Below the pieces are notes generated by a model. It made no database searches, was not told the DNA's origin, and was given only the letters and a program-made list of their open reading frames with translations. From Aestuariirhabdus sp. (lineage in GTDB: Bacteria > Pseudomonadota > Gammaproteobacteria > Pseudomonadales > Aestuariirhabdaceae), in contig JAUXFT010000003.1 of the NCBI GenBank assembly GCA_030622755.1, positions 2,118-66,117 on the forward strand: a stretch of DNA of 64,000 bases, given 5' to 3'. The translations under genes and the position numbers were made by a program. Below, piece by piece: positions 1-11,983 of this stretch (within the stretch, counting starts at the first letter, position 1; every line of letters starts with the position of its first letter).

Positions 1-126
1 GCCGACTACAACCGTGAGAATCGAATTTAACCAGGTATCGAACAGGTTCTGACGAGCCCAACCCACCAAACCAGTGGTGCTGATCGGAGGTGCCAGATCC
101 GGGAGTTTATGATCGTTATGTAACAT
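1..126 (-). CDS. aapM: Amino-acid ABC transporter permease AapM, N-terminal part (runs off the window)
   Basis: ATG at 126, 3 bp after the aapQ stop; reads MLHNDHKLPDLAPPISTTGLVGWARQNLFDTWLNSILTVVVG, typical of the AapM/BztC N-terminus. Confidence 0.85.
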   Translation of the reverse strand, partial: MLHNDHKLPDLAPPISTTGLVGWARQNLFDTWLNSILTVVVG

Positions 127-129
127 CGA

Positions 130-1317
130 TTATCTCTCCACCAACGCCATGCGTTTGTTGTACCAGTTCATGAACATTGACACCAACAGACTGATCGATA
201 GATACACCGCCATCGTCATCGCTATCACTTCGATCGCCTGACCGGTCTGATTCAGTGTTGTACCCGCAAACACACTCACCAGATCGGGGTAACCGATAGC
301 AGTCGCAAGCGATGAGTTTTTGATCAGGTTGAGGTATTGACTGGTCAATGGAGGGATCACTACGCGCATCGCCTGAGGAATGACAATCAAACGAAGGGTA
401 CGTGAACGAGGCAATCCCAGGGCGGATGCAGCTTCCGTTTGACCATGATCTACTGCTTCGATACCTGAGCGAACAATCTCGGCAATGAAGGCCGCCGTAT
501 AGATCGTCAGGGCCAACAACAAGGCACTAAGCTCGGGGATAATGCTGATACCACCCTGGAAGTTAAACCCTTTTAATTCAGGGTACTCCAAAGTCATCGG
601 AGATCCGGCTAACAGGAATGTGACTAAACAAACACCAACTACCAGCCCCAAAGAAGCCCAGTAAGCTGGGAAAAAATTGCCCGTTTCATCCAGCCGTTTT
701 TTCGCCCAGCGAACCAAAAATACGCTCGCAATCAAGGACGCAAAAAACGCGATCGCAACCCAGCCAAAGCCACTTTCGGCTATGGGTTCAGGCACATAAA
801 GCCCTCGAACATTAAGATAAGTACCACCGCCGAGCTCAATACTCTGCTTCGGCGATGGCAATAACTGCAATACCGCGAAGTACCAGAAGAAAATCTGCAA
901 CAGAAGTGGAATATTTCGAAAAATTTCTACATATACAGTGGCAACTTTTCTGATCAACCAGTTATGAGAAAGTCTCGCAATACCCAGCATGAAACCGAGG
1001 ATCGTCGCACAAATAACCCCCAGAAAAGACACCAATAAAGTATTTAATAAGCCTACAACGAAGGTTCGTCCAAAGCTGTAGGTGGCATCAAATGGAATTA
1101 ACGTCAGTAGAATATCGAAACCCGCGTTCTGGCTTAAAAAGCCAAAACCGGTCGATATACCACGCGTTTCCAGGTTATGCATGGTGTTGTTGATGATATA
1201 GAGGATAAAAAGGATAACGGCCCCAACCATAAGAATCTGGAAAAGAATCGACCGCTTTTCAGGATCATTCCAGAAACTTGGCTTGGAGTTCGCCGAATGT
1301 TTGTTATTTTCCGGCAT
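130..1317 (-). CDS. aapQ: General L-amino-acid ABC transporter permease AapQ
   Basis: GLLNTL, FRNIPLLLQ, EAA loop (GQTEAASALGL), LIKNSSLA; probable start MPENN at 1317. Confidence 0.93.
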   Translation of the reverse strand: MPENNKHSANSKPSFWNDPEKRSILFQILMVGAVILFILYIINNTMHNLETRGISTGFGFLSQNAGFDILLTLIPFDATYSFGRTFVVGLLNTLLVSFLGVICATILGFMLGIARLSHNWLIRKVATVYVEIFRNIPLLLQIFFWYFAVLQLLPSPKQSIELGGGTYLNVRGLYVPEPIAESGFGWVAIAFFASLIASVFLVRWAKKRLDETGNFFPAYWASLGLVVGVCLVTFLLAGSPMTLEYPELKGFNFQGGISIIPELSALLLALTIYTAAFIAEIVRSGIEAVDHGQTEAASALGLPRSRTLRLIVIPQAMRVVIPPLTSQYLNLIKNSSLATAIGYPDLVSVFAGTTLNQTGQAIEVIAMTMAVYLSISLLVSMFMNWYNKRMALVER

Positions 1318-1350
1318 CAAATTACTCCGCAAAAGTATGACAGGAGTTCA

Positions 1351-1389
1351 AAAAATAAACCGGCTACAGCTTTTGGCTGCAACCGGTTT
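1351..1389 (-). terminator. Intrinsic terminator/attenuating hairpin between aapJ and aapQ
   Basis: Minus strand AAACCGGTTGCAGC-CAAAA-GCTGTAGCCGGTTT followed by ATTTTTT. Confidence 0.75.
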
Positions 1390-1400
1390 CTAACCAGCTA

Positions 1401-2423
1401 TTAACGCATTGGAGGTGCGTACATGAAGCCACCCTTGCTCCACAAGGCATTAACACCACGCTCGATATTAAGCGCAGAACCAGCACCTACGTTACGATCA
1501 AATACTTCACCGTAGTTACCAACTTGCTTAACGATGTTGTAAGCCCAGTCATCAGATAGACCTAAACCTTTACCCTTTGGTCCATCCAGGCCAACGAAAC
1601 GACGAACAGCAGGGATATCACCCCCTTTCATCTCATCGACATTGGCGGAAGTAAGACCCATCTCTTCAGCGTTAATCAGGGCGTTCATGCTCCACTTGAC
1701 GATGTTGAACCACTGGTCATCTCCTTGACGAACTACAGGACCCAGAGGCTCCTTGGAGATAATTTCAGGCAGTACAATCGCGCCGTCAGGATTTTCCAGT
1801 TTAATGCGCAGCGCATAAAGTTGAGAAGCGTCAGAAGTCAGGATGTCACAGCGACCCGATTCGAAACCCTTGACAGTTTGGTCTGAAGTATCAAATACCA
1901 CTGGCTGGTACTTCATATTATTTTCACGAAAGTAATCAGACAGGTTCAGCTCGGTAGTAGTACCGGCCTGGATACAAACGGCAGCACCATCCAGCTCAAG
2001 CGCACTCTTTACACCCAGAGTCTTGGTAACCATGAAACCTTGTCCGTCGTAGTAGTTTACACCGGCAAAGTTCAGACCCAGAGATGTATCACGAGTCTGT
2101 GTCCAGGTTGTGTTACGAGACAGTATATCGATCTCACCTGACTGAAGTGCGGTAAAACGCTCCTTGGCTGTCAGTGGTGTGTACTTAACCTTAGAGGCAC
2201 CGCCCAGGGTAGCCGCCGCAACTGCGCGACAGACATCAACGTCCATACCAATCCAATTGCCTTTTTCGTCAGGATTCGAGAAACCTGGTAGTCCGGTGCT
2301 CACGCCACACTGTACGTAACCACGTTCCTGTACACCTTTCAGAGTGACGTCTTCAGCAGAAGCTGTCTGCACAAACGAAAGACTTACGACAGCGGCCGCT
2401 GCAAAAATTCCGATCTTTTTCAT
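1401..2423 (-). CDS. aapJ: General L-amino-acid ABC transporter substrate-binding protein AapJ
   Basis: Signal peptide; CGVSTGLPGFS, RFTALQSGEID, ISKEPLGP, YAPPMR. Confidence 0.95.
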   Translation of the reverse strand: MKKIGIFAAAAVVSLSFVQTASAEDVTLKGVQERGYVQCGVSTGLPGFSNPDEKGNWIGMDVDVCRAVAAATLGGASKVKYTPLTAKERFTALQSGEIDILSRNTTWTQTRDTSLGLNFAGVNYYDGQGFMVTKTLGVKSALELDGAAVCIQAGTTTELNLSDYFRENNMKYQPVVFDTSDQTVKGFESGRCDILTSDASQLYALRIKLENPDGAIVLPEIISKEPLGPVVRQGDDQWFNIVKWSMNALINAEEMGLTSANVDEMKGGDIPAVRRFVGLDGPKGKGLGLSDDWAYNIVKQVGNYGEVFDRNVGAGSALNIERGVNALWSKGGFMYAPPMR

Positions 2424-2961
2424 ATCCCATCCTTAATTGGTTTACTTATATTTTTAGTATTGATATCGAGGAAACTGCACAATCCCAACGGAATGATTAC
2501 CCCTACGGAACTATCACAAGGTCCAACGATTAGTTAAACGGTAACGTTTCTAGAATATCCATTCATAGAAACGGACACTTTTTCCGTTTATCAATATCAG
2601 CCTGAGGCGTTTACTACCCACCAGACTCATACGCCAACTAAATCAACTTTTACCCTTTAATGCAATCGAAAAGGCTGTACTAGGGGCGCAGTACCATTTT
2701 AAAAGGCATTCCAACTCGAAATTACATCATGACGAAGGCAGCCCAACGCGAAACTGCGTCATAAAGTAACACTACCTGCCATTTCCAATTGCTCCAACAG
2801 TATAGGTGAAAGCTCGCCTTAAGCCATTGAGACGCTGCTTAATACTACTTCACCGTTCTATGTTTAATAATACGCCACAAATAAACAGGGGTTTTATTTT
2901 ATCCCTACATAGCGATTCAGATATGCACCTAAATAAAAACGGCAGCCTGCAGATACGGCCA

Positions 2962-4599
2962 CTACCGATTCGTTATTCGTAGCACCGCTTCCATTACCTG
3001 ATCAATCGCCACCTCATCGACCAGGGGCTCACTAAGGTCCGCGGCCGCAATACGTTTTTCGGATACGGGCGCCAGGACCACAAGGCCGGACACTTTCAGT
3101 GCTGTGATTACTTCATCGGATATTTCAACATCAACAGGCAGTAGCAACACAGTTTTTCCGCGCTCGAATAAACCTCTCTCCAGCCTTTCAAGTAATGAAT
3201 CATCTGCCCCAATAATTATTTCTACCAGCGCAGGTTTTTGATCCAGACGTTCAAGTCTTTCTGGTAATGTCACTGGTCGACCAGCATGCAGCTCATCACC
3301 CAGTCCACTCACCATCCCGGCACCCACAGTAACGTTGGTCAGACGATCTATCACAATAAATGAACCCGTTGTGCGGCTTTTCTTATAAAGATCGAAAGCC
3401 ACATGACGATTCACACTAATAAGGCACTGGCCAATTTCATTGAGCTGTAGTTGCTCTGCATCTTTATGCTCCAGAGTATTTACATCGATACTGTGGAGTA
3501 TTTGGGTTGCTGCACCCGTGGCCAAACTAGAAGAAAATTTAAAGTCATACTGGCGACCACATTTAAAGGCATCTTCCGTCATCCATACAACTGTCGCCTC
3601 AAAGTGATTGAGCGATAACGGCTGATCATCACGTTTTACTATCATGTCGCCGCGACTGATGTCGATCTCATCTTCCAAAGTAAGCGTCACGGCTTGCGGA
3701 GCAAAAGCCTCATTTAATTCACCGTCATAGGTATCAATGCTTTTGATCCGACTTTGCTTACCGGAAGGTAATGCAATTATTTCATCGCCAGGACGAACCA
3801 CTCCGGAAGCAACCGTGCCGCAAAAACCACGATAATTCAGATTCGGCCGATTAACGTACTGTACCGGGAAGCGGAAGTTTTCCATATTCCGATCAGCTGT
3901 CATTTCTACGTTTTCAAGAAGCTCCATTAGTGAGGGGCCATCATACCAGGGGCTTCTCTCACTGTGGTTAACCACGTTATCGCCTTCGAGGGCAGACATC
4001 GGGATAAACCGAAGATCTTCAATACCTAAAGGCTCAGCAAAATCCAGATATTGCTGTCGAATAGTATTGTAAACATCCTCACTGAATCCCATCAGATCCA
4101 TCTTGTTGATAGCCACGACAATATGTCGAATACCCAACAGCGAGGCTATAAAAGTATGGCGCCGGGTTTGAGTCATCACTCCGTGACGAGCATCTATCAA
4201 GATAATCGCCAGCTCACAGGTAGAAGCACCTGTAGCCATATTTCGAGTGTATTGCTCATGCCCCGGCGTATCAGCAATGATAAATTTGCGTTTTGCCGTC
4301 GAAAAATAGCGGTACGCAACATCGATCGTAATGCCCTGTTCACGCTCAGCCTGTAAGCCATCAACGAGTAGCGCGAGATCAAGCTTACCGCCGGTTGTAC
4401 CATGTTTGACCGTATCAGCCCTTACTGCCTCCAGCTGATCTTCATAGATCATTTTTGAATCATGCAGCAAGCGCCCGATCAAGGTGCTCTTACCATCATC
4501 CACGCTGCCGCAGGTAAGCAAGCGTAACATCTCCTTACGCTCATGCTGGGCAAGGTACTCATTGATATCCGTGGCGATCAAATCAGATTGGTGGGACAT
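2962..4599 (-). CDS. cysN: Sulfate adenylyltransferase subunit 1 (GTPase) with degenerate APS-kinase-like tail
   Basis: [26 protein letters not shown]; downstream of cysD. Confidence 0.96.
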   Translation of the reverse strand: MSHQSDLIATDINEYLAQHERKEMLRLLTCGSVDDGKSTLIGRLLHDSKMIYEDQLEAVRADTVKHGTTGGKLDLALLVDGLQAEREQGITIDVAYRYFSTAKRKFIIADTPGHEQYTRNMATGASTCELAIILIDARHGVMTQTRRHTFIASLLGIRHIVVAINKMDLMGFSEDVYNTIRQQYLDFAEPLGIEDLRFIPMSALEGDNVVNHSERSPWYDGPSLMELLENVEMTADRNMENFRFPVQYVNRPNLNYRGFCGTVASGVVRPGDEIIALPSGKQSRIKSIDTYDGELNEAFAPQAVTLTLEDEIDISRGDMIVKRDDQPLSLNHFEATVVWMTEDAFKCGRQYDFKFSSSLATGAATQILHSIDVNTLEHKDAEQLQLNEIGQCLISVNRHVAFDLYKKSRTTGSFIVIDRLTNVTVGAGMVSGLGDELHAGRPVTLPERLERLDQKPALVEIIIGADDSLLERLERGLFERGKTVLLLPVDVEISDEVITALKVSGLVVLAPVSEKRIAAADLSEPLVDEVAIDQVMEAVLRITNR

Positions 4600-4609
4600 A
4601 GTCTTTTCA

Positions 4610-4635
4610 ATTTCTTGGTTGCATTTCTTGGTTAC
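4610..4635. repeat. 13-bp tandem duplication ATTTCTTGGTT(G/A)C x2
   Basis: Seen directly in the cysD-cysN spacer. Confidence 0.85.
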
Positions 4636-4682
4636 ATAGAAGGCAGCTGGCTACCCCGCTTAACACTCATCCACAAAACCGG

Positions 4683-5615
4683 CTAGAAATAACCTTCCTG
4701 CTTTTTCTTTTCCATTGATCCTGAACTGTCATGATCAATAACTCTCCCCTGACGCTCGGAGCTAGTCGTTAACAGCATCTCCTGGATTATTTCAGGCAAC
4801 GTCGTGGCAGTAGACTCTACAGCACCGGTCAACGGGTAACAGCCAAGCGTACGAAAGCGCACCATTTCCATGATTGGCTCTTCGCCGGGTTCCAGAGGCA
4901 TACGATCGTCATCAACCATGATCTTCACACCATCTCGTTCCACAATTGGGCGCAGCTTGGCAAAGTACAAAGGCACTACCGGAATACCCTCAAGGTGGAT
5001 GTACTGCCAGATATCGAGTTCGGTCCAGTTAGATAAAGGAAATACTCGAATACTTTCACCTTTATTTACCCGGCCGTTATAGATGTTCCATAGTTCAGGA
5101 CGCTGATTTTTAGGGTCCCAGCGATGATTCTTATCGCGAAAAGAATACACACGCTCTTTGGCTCGTGATTTTTCCTCATCCCGACGCGCGCCGCCAAAAG
5201 CTGCATCAAAACCGTACTTATCGAGAGCTTGTTTTAATGCCTCTGTTTTCATTACATCCGTGTGTTTCGCACTACCATGGGTAAAGGGCCCAATACCCTG
5301 TTTAACACCCTCTTCATTGGTATGCACCAACAGATCAAGCCCCAGGTTTTTCACGTGCTGATCACGAAAAGAGATCATCTCATGAAACTTCCACGTGGTA
5401 TCAACGTGCATTAGGGGAAAGGGCGGTTTACCCGGATAAAAAGCCTTCATCGCCAGATGCAGCATCACCGCCGAATCCTTGCCGACAGAGTACAGCATTA
5501 CCGGATTATCAAACTCTGCTGCCACTTCACGAATAATATGAATACTCTCAGCCTCAAGCTGCTTAAGGTGTGTCAGTTTTCTTTCCGTCAAGGAAATTTC
5601 TGTGTTATTCGTCAT
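4683..5615 (-). CDS. cysD: Sulfate adenylyltransferase subunit 2
   Basis: [39 protein letters not shown]. Confidence 0.97.
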   Translation of the reverse strand: MTNNTEISLTERKLTHLKQLEAESIHIIREVAAEFDNPVMLYSVGKDSAVMLHLAMKAFYPGKPPFPLMHVDTTWKFHEMISFRDQHVKNLGLDLLVHTNEEGVKQGIGPFTHGSAKHTDVMKTEALKQALDKYGFDAAFGGARRDEEKSRAKERVYSFRDKNHRWDPKNQRPELWNIYNGRVNKGESIRVFPLSNWTELDIWQYIHLEGIPVVPLYFAKLRPIVERDGVKIMVDDDRMPLEPGEEPIMEMVRFRTLGCYPLTGAVESTATTLPEIIQEMLLTTSSERQGRVIDHDSSGSMEKKKQEGYF

Positions 5616-5782
5616 TAGCAGTCTTCGTGTATCAACTTAAAAAGGGAGGCAAGATGGGATTGCCCACCGTCAGAAATGGCACGACACTATATCAAATTAA
5701 CATTGGGCATACGTAGCCCCATTCAAAGAATAAAAAACACTATTGATATGACCAAAAGAACTAAAATCTTAGTGCTACGCAG

Positions 5783-6544
5783 TCATACAGGATTATCGAT
5801 ATCCACGAAGTGATGCACCAAGCCGCAGTCTGCCACTAACCACTCACCTAGAGCCTTCACACCATAACGTTCGGTAGCATGATGACCAGCCGAGAAATAA
5901 TGAATTCCGTTTTCTCTGGCGCTATGCACTGTTGGCTCCGAAATCTCGCCACTAATAAACGCATCAGCCTGCATAGCAACAGCCTGATCAATATAGCCCT
6001 GGGCCGCGCCAGTACACCAGGATACTTTTCTGATAAGGTGATCCCCACCATTAATTAATAACGGTTCCCGCCCTAAGCGGGCTTCCAGCAAACGGGCTAA
6101 CTCAGTACCACTACAGGGCTGAGACAATGTCCCCTGCCATACCAGCGCTGATGGATCGTCGGGGTTAACGGGAGCGGCATCAACCAGGCCAAGAAGGCGT
6201 CCTAACTGGGCATTGTTTCCCAATTGTACGTGCGCATCCAGAGGAAGATGATAAGCCAACAAACTAATATCGTTCTCAAGCAGGCACTTCAGACGGCGTT
6301 TTTTGATTCCGGTTATCCGGGCATCCTCTCCCTTCCAGAAAAAACCATGATGTACCAGTATCGCATCCGCTTCGAGCTCAATGGCTCTGTCCAGTAAAGC
6401 CTGGCTAGCAGTAACTCCGGACACCAGAATTGTTACCTCTGAACGCCCTTCAACCTGCAATCCATTTGGACAATAATCGTGGAACTGTTCAGGCTTCAAC
6501 TCTGAATTAATCAACGATACAAGATTACTTAGGGGGATCGACAT
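5783..6544 (-). CDS. ybgI: Nif3-like dinuclear metal-centre protein (YbgI)
   Basis: DYCPNGLQVEG, VHHG, YHLPLDAH, GHHATE, DNP. Confidence 0.93.
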   Translation of the reverse strand: MSIPLSNLVSLINSELKPEQFHDYCPNGLQVEGRSEVTILVSGVTASQALLDRAIELEADAILVHHGFFWKGEDARITGIKKRRLKCLLENDISLLAYHLPLDAHVQLGNNAQLGRLLGLVDAAPVNPDDPSALVWQGTLSQPCSGTELARLLEARLGREPLLINGGDHLIRKVSWCTGAAQGYIDQAVAMQADAFISGEISEPTVHSARENGIHYFSAGHHATERYGVKALGEWLVADCGLVHHFVDIDNPV

Positions 6545-6565
6545 GACTATGCTCTCAGTACGGGG

Positions 6566-6600
6566 CCATTACGTGGCTATTTCGCGACCATTACGTGACT
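6566..6600. repeat. Direct repeat CCATTACGTG(G/A)CT x2, 22 bp period
   Basis: Copies start at 6566 and 6588 in the nif3/degS divergent spacer. Confidence 0.8.
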
Positions 6601-6746
6601 TAGGCGACAGACACCAGATAACCGACATTATATGTTAACGAGTGCATCATCGAAGCGTGGAATACGCGCAAAAGCCTGCGTATAATTATCTAATAAATCA
6701 GGCCTTTATTATAAAAGGTTTACAAAAGTTGTCACAGGAAACTCTG

Positions 6747-7904
6747 TTGAAACGATTACTATCCTACATTAGCTGGCCTATGGCTTGTGGAATACTCTTC
6801 GCTCTTCTATTGATGCAACAATTTCCTCAATTTCTCGGATTAAAAACTCCCGAAAAACCTGGCGTCACACTGCAAACAGCAGCGCCACAGATCGAGTATA
6901 AAGCTACTGCTCGAGTATCCTATAGCGACGCGGTAAATCAGGCCGCCCCCGCAGTGGTCAATATTTATACCTCTAAAATAGTTGCTCCTGAAGCCCACCC
7001 TCTCTTTCAAACCCCTGAGATTGAACAGTTCAGGGACTTCGGCAACCTGCCGCAAAATAAACGGATGCAGTCTAGCCTGGGATCCGGTGTCATCATGAGC
7101 CCGGAAGGCTATATTCTTACCAATAGTCACGTCATCAAGGAGGCAGATGAGATCATCATCTCTTTACATGACGGACGAGACACCATAGCGACTCTCATCG
7201 GTGACGATCCAGACACTGATCTGGCGGTCCTGAAAATAGATTTGAACGATCTTCCCGCCATCACTTTAGCCGACTCTAATTCCGTGCAAGTAGGTGACAT
7301 CGTCCTCGCCATTGGTAATCCCTTCGGTGTTGGCCAAACCGTTACTATAGGAATCATTAGCGCTACGGGACGCAACGAGCTGAACATCAACACCTACGAA
7401 AATTTTATTCAAACCGACGCAGCGATAAACCCTGGTAACTCCGGTGGCGCACTCATTGATGCCAACGGGTATCTGGTCGGCATCAATGCCGCTATTTTTT
7501 CCCGCAACGGTGGCTCTCAGGGGATTGGTTTTGCGATCCCTTCAGAACAGGCGCTTAATGTCATGCTTTCGACCATAAAGCATGGACGTGTGATTCGCGG
7601 CTGGCTAGGCATAGAAGCGCAGCCTCTCACCCCTGAGCTGGCAGAATCCTTCGGCATATCTCGCACGGAAGGCATCCTTATTTCAGGGGTGTACAAAAAC
7701 AGTCCCGCCTCTTCGGCAGGGCTACAGCGAGGGGATGTCATTACTGAGATTAATGGTGTATATGCCGGAGATGGACGTACCGTCATGGAGCAAGTCGCAC
7801 TCCAGAAACCCGGAGAAAAAGTCACCATCAAGGCATTGCGACAAGGCATTGAGCAAACCTTCCATACCCTGGTCGGTGAACGACCACAAATCATCAACAA
7901 GTAA
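6747..7904 (+). CDS. degS: DegS/AlgW-type HtrA serine protease with one PDZ domain
   Basis: N-terminal TM, TNSHV, DLAVL, GNSGG, single PDZ; TTG start at 6747 after AGGA. Confidence 0.9.
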   Translation: MKRLLSYISWPMACGILFALLLMQQFPQFLGLKTPEKPGVTLQTAAPQIEYKATARVSYSDAVNQAAPAVVNIYTSKIVAPEAHPLFQTPEIEQFRDFGNLPQNKRMQSSLGSGVIMSPEGYILTNSHVIKEADEIIISLHDGRDTIATLIGDDPDTDLAVLKIDLNDLPAITLADSNSVQVGDIVLAIGNPFGVGQTVTIGIISATGRNELNINTYENFIQTDAAINPGNSGGALIDANGYLVGINAAIFSRNGGSQGIGFAIPSEQALNVMLSTIKHGRVIRGWLGIEAQPLTPELAESFGISRTEGILISGVYKNSPASSAGLQRGDVITEINGVYAGDGRTVMEQVALQKPGEKVTIKALRQGIEQTFHTLVGERPQIINK

Positions 7905-7996
7905 TTCTTGGCAGGTTAAATAGACTGATTTTCTGTTTATCACTGCCTAACACATCTAATATCCGCAAACAGAAAGCGTCCTGCCTGGATTCATTA

Positions 7997-9316
7997 TTAC
8001 TTGTCACTTAAGATGCGATACTCTGCTGATCGAGCGTGAGCCGTTAAGCCCTCACCTCTCGCCAACACCGATGCAACCTTACCCATTTCAGATGCACCAT
8101 CCGCAGAAAACATAATCAAAGAAGACCTTTTCTGAAAATCGTAAACACCCAGGGGCGACGAGAACCTGGCCGTTGAGGAAGTAGGTAAAACGTGATTTGG
8201 TCCCGCACAATAGTCGCCCAACGCCTCCGCAGTATAACGACCCATAAAAATCGCTCCCGCATGGCGCACATCTTTCGCCCAGGATTCAGGGTCTTCTACG
8301 GATAGCTCCAGGTGTTCTGGGGCGATTCGATTAGCAACTTCAAGCGCCTGCTCACGCCCGGTAACCTTAATTAAAATACCGCGACTCTCCAGAGAGGTGC
8401 GAATGATATCGGCTCGCTCCATGGTAGGCAGCAATTTTTCAATACTGTGCTGTACTCGCTGTAAAAACAGTTCATCTGTTGACACCAATATCGACTGAGC
8501 ATCCTCATCATGCTCAGCCTGGGAGAACAGATCCATCGCGATCCAATCCGGGTTACTCTGGCCATCACACACCACCAAAATTTCAGAAGGGCCAGCGATC
8601 ATGTCAATACCTACCTGACCAAATACCATACGCTTGGCTGTAGCAACATAGATATTTCCAGGTCCTACTATTTTATCGACCCCGGGCACCGTCTGCGTAC
8701 CATAGGCAAGCGCCGCGATAGCTTGCGCACCGCCAACAGTAAAGACAGTATCTATGCCTGCAAGGCAGGCAGCAGCAAGAACCAACTCATTGACTTCACC
8801 ATCGGGTGTCGGCACTACCATGATGATTTTAGCAACGCCGGCAACCTTGGCAGGAATAACGTTCATGAGAACAGAAGATGGGTAAGCGGCTTTGCCTCCA
8901 GGAACATACACACCAACGCGATCTAACGGGGTAACCTGCTGACCCAACAAAGTTCCGTCAGCTTCGCGATACTGCCATGACTCCTGAACCTGACGCTGGT
9001 GATAATCACGTATTCTCTGAGCTGCAATATCCAGTGCAGCCCGCTGATCTTCAGGTAATGAGTCCAACGCTTGCTGTAAACGCTCAGCACCAATAGTGAG
9101 CTGGTCCATGCTGTCTACGGACAAACGGTCAAAACAGTTGCTGTACTCAATCAGCGCATCATCACCGCGAGCGCGAATGTTCTCAATCACCTCGGTGACC
9201 GTATGCACCACCGATGCATCAGACACGCCATCCCAGGACAGCATTCTATCGAGTTGCTCTTGAAAGCCTTCTGCGCTGGCATCAAGACGAGTAATTTTAA
9301 CTGCTTGAGAAGACAT
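7997..9316 (-). CDS. hisD: Histidinol dehydrogenase
   Basis: [37 protein letters not shown]. Confidence 0.97.
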   Translation of the reverse strand: MSSQAVKITRLDASAEGFQEQLDRMLSWDGVSDASVVHTVTEVIENIRARGDDALIEYSNCFDRLSVDSMDQLTIGAERLQQALDSLPEDQRAALDIAAQRIRDYHQRQVQESWQYREADGTLLGQQVTPLDRVGVYVPGGKAAYPSSVLMNVIPAKVAGVAKIIMVVPTPDGEVNELVLAAACLAGIDTVFTVGGAQAIAALAYGTQTVPGVDKIVGPGNIYVATAKRMVFGQVGIDMIAGPSEILVVCDGQSNPDWIAMDLFSQAEHDEDAQSILVSTDELFLQRVQHSIEKLLPTMERADIIRTSLESRGILIKVTGREQALEVANRIAPEHLELSVEDPESWAKDVRHAGAIFMGRYTAEALGDYCAGPNHVLPTSSTARFSSPLGVYDFQKRSSLIMFSADGASEMGKVASVLARGEGLTAHARSAEYRILSDK

Positions 9317-9365
9317 ATTTGCTTTCCTTAATTTACCAGAACAATCAAGACTGGGGGAAAAGAGC

Positions 9366-10016
9366 TTATGTGTTCCGCTCGACCTCTACCGCCGCACCTA
9401 CCAACTCTATCAGCTGCTGGACTTTTGCATGTTTGAGCTTCATTGACGCTTTATTTACAACCAGCCGGGAACTGATCATCGCGATCAATTCCTGTGGCTC
9501 TAAACCATTCGCTATCAAGGTATTTCCAGTGTCGACAACGTCAATAATCTGATCTGCCAACCCCACGAGGGGAGCCAGCTCCATTGAACCATACAATTTG
9601 ATGATATCGACTTGTTGTCCCTGTGCCGCGTAGTAACGGCGCGCCACATTTACAAACTTTGTGGCAACTCGAAGCCGTCCGTTTATTTGTGGCGCGTTCA
9701 CCGGGCCGGCTGTCATCAGCTTACAACGTGCAATATTAAGATCCAGCGGTTCATACAACCCTTTGCCACCATGTTCCATCAATACATCTTTACCAGCAAC
9801 ACCAAGATCAGCCGCGCCATGCTGTACGTAAGTGGGCACATCTGTTGCCCTAATGATCAGCAGCTTCACGTCATCCCGGGTAGTATCAAAAATCAGCTTA
9901 CGGCTTTTCTCCAGATCTTCCAGCGGCTCGATACCAGCAGCTTTTAACAACGGCAAAGTATCATCCAGAATACGCCCCTTGGAGAGAGCGATAGTCAACT
10001 GCTGAGCATTACTCAT
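9366..10016 (-). CDS. hisG: ATP phosphoribosyltransferase, short (HisZ-dependent) form
   Basis: [25 protein letters not shown]; 216 aa with no ACT domain. Confidence 0.96.
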   Translation of the reverse strand: MSNAQQLTIALSKGRILDDTLPLLKAAGIEPLEDLEKSRKLIFDTTRDDVKLLIIRATDVPTYVQHGAADLGVAGKDVLMEHGGKGLYEPLDLNIARCKLMTAGPVNAPQINGRLRVATKFVNVARRYYAAQGQQVDIIKLYGSMELAPLVGLADQIIDVVDTGNTLIANGLEPQELIAMISSRLVVNKASMKLKHAKVQQLIELVGAAVEVERNT

Positions 10017-10030
10017 CTACTTCACATCTC

Positions 10031-11326
<1,296 letters not shown>

Positions 11327-11353
11327 TTATAGGGAAACGGTTGAAGTAAATGG

Positions 11354-11596
11354 TTATTGTTGGACTTGCTGCCACTGGGTGCAGTTGTAGAATTTCATAT
11401 TTACAGCATGAATAGCGCCACTCGCGATACTGTCGTTTAGGTGCTGATATACAACCTGCTGACGCTTAACCGGGCTCATACTCGCAAGATCATCACCAAT
11501 CAGGATCACCTGAAAATCACAACCTTCACCCTGAACCTGAACTTCGACATTGTTCAGCTTTGATTCCAGTAACTGCTTAACTTCATCAGGCGACAT
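11354..11596 (-). CDS. ibaG: BolA/IbaG family protein
   Basis: GEGCDF, VKRQQVVY, IHA; position between mlaB and murA. Confidence 0.9.
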   Translation of the reverse strand: MSPDEVKQLLESKLNNVEVQVQGEGCDFQVILIGDDLASMSPVKRQQVVYQHLNDSIASGAIHAVNMKFYNCTQWQQVQQ

Positions 11597-11680
11597 ACCT
11601 CACCCCTCAATCCAGGCAATAAAAAGGCGCCTATCATATAAGAATAACAGCAACGGCGAAAGCTCGCTCAGAAGGCATTA

Positions 11681-11983
11681 CTAGCGGGTTTTCAGGAACT
11701 CGTCCACGCCACAGACGCGAGCCAGATCCATCAACTCAACAGGCATGGCAATCAATGTAAGTTCACCATCCCTCGCGCGTAAATCTCTCATCCAACTTAA
11801 CAACAGAGAGAGCGCTACGCTATTCACACTCAAGACCCCTGCCATATCAATAGTCCAGTGGCCGCCACCATGAGTCTCCAACAACAGTTTTACCTGATGA
11901 TCGAGGGTCATTGCGCTTTTGAAGTTAATATCACCACTTAGGGAAATAGCCTTCTCATGTGCTAACCAGGCTTGTGCACTCAT
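11681..11983 (-). CDS. mlaB: STAS-domain protein MlaB
   Basis: LSGDINF, IDMAGV..VNS.ALSLL; mla operon context. Confidence 0.88.
   Translation of the reverse strand: MSAQAWLAHEKAISLSGDINFKSAMTLDHQVKLLLETHGGGHWTIDMAGVLSVNSVALSLLLSWMRDLRARDGELTLIAMPVELMDLARVCGVDEFLKTR

Noticed and set aside
2650-2940. Sigma54/NtrC sites upstream of aapJ
   Set aside because: Only half-site matches; no correctly spaced GG-N10-GC found
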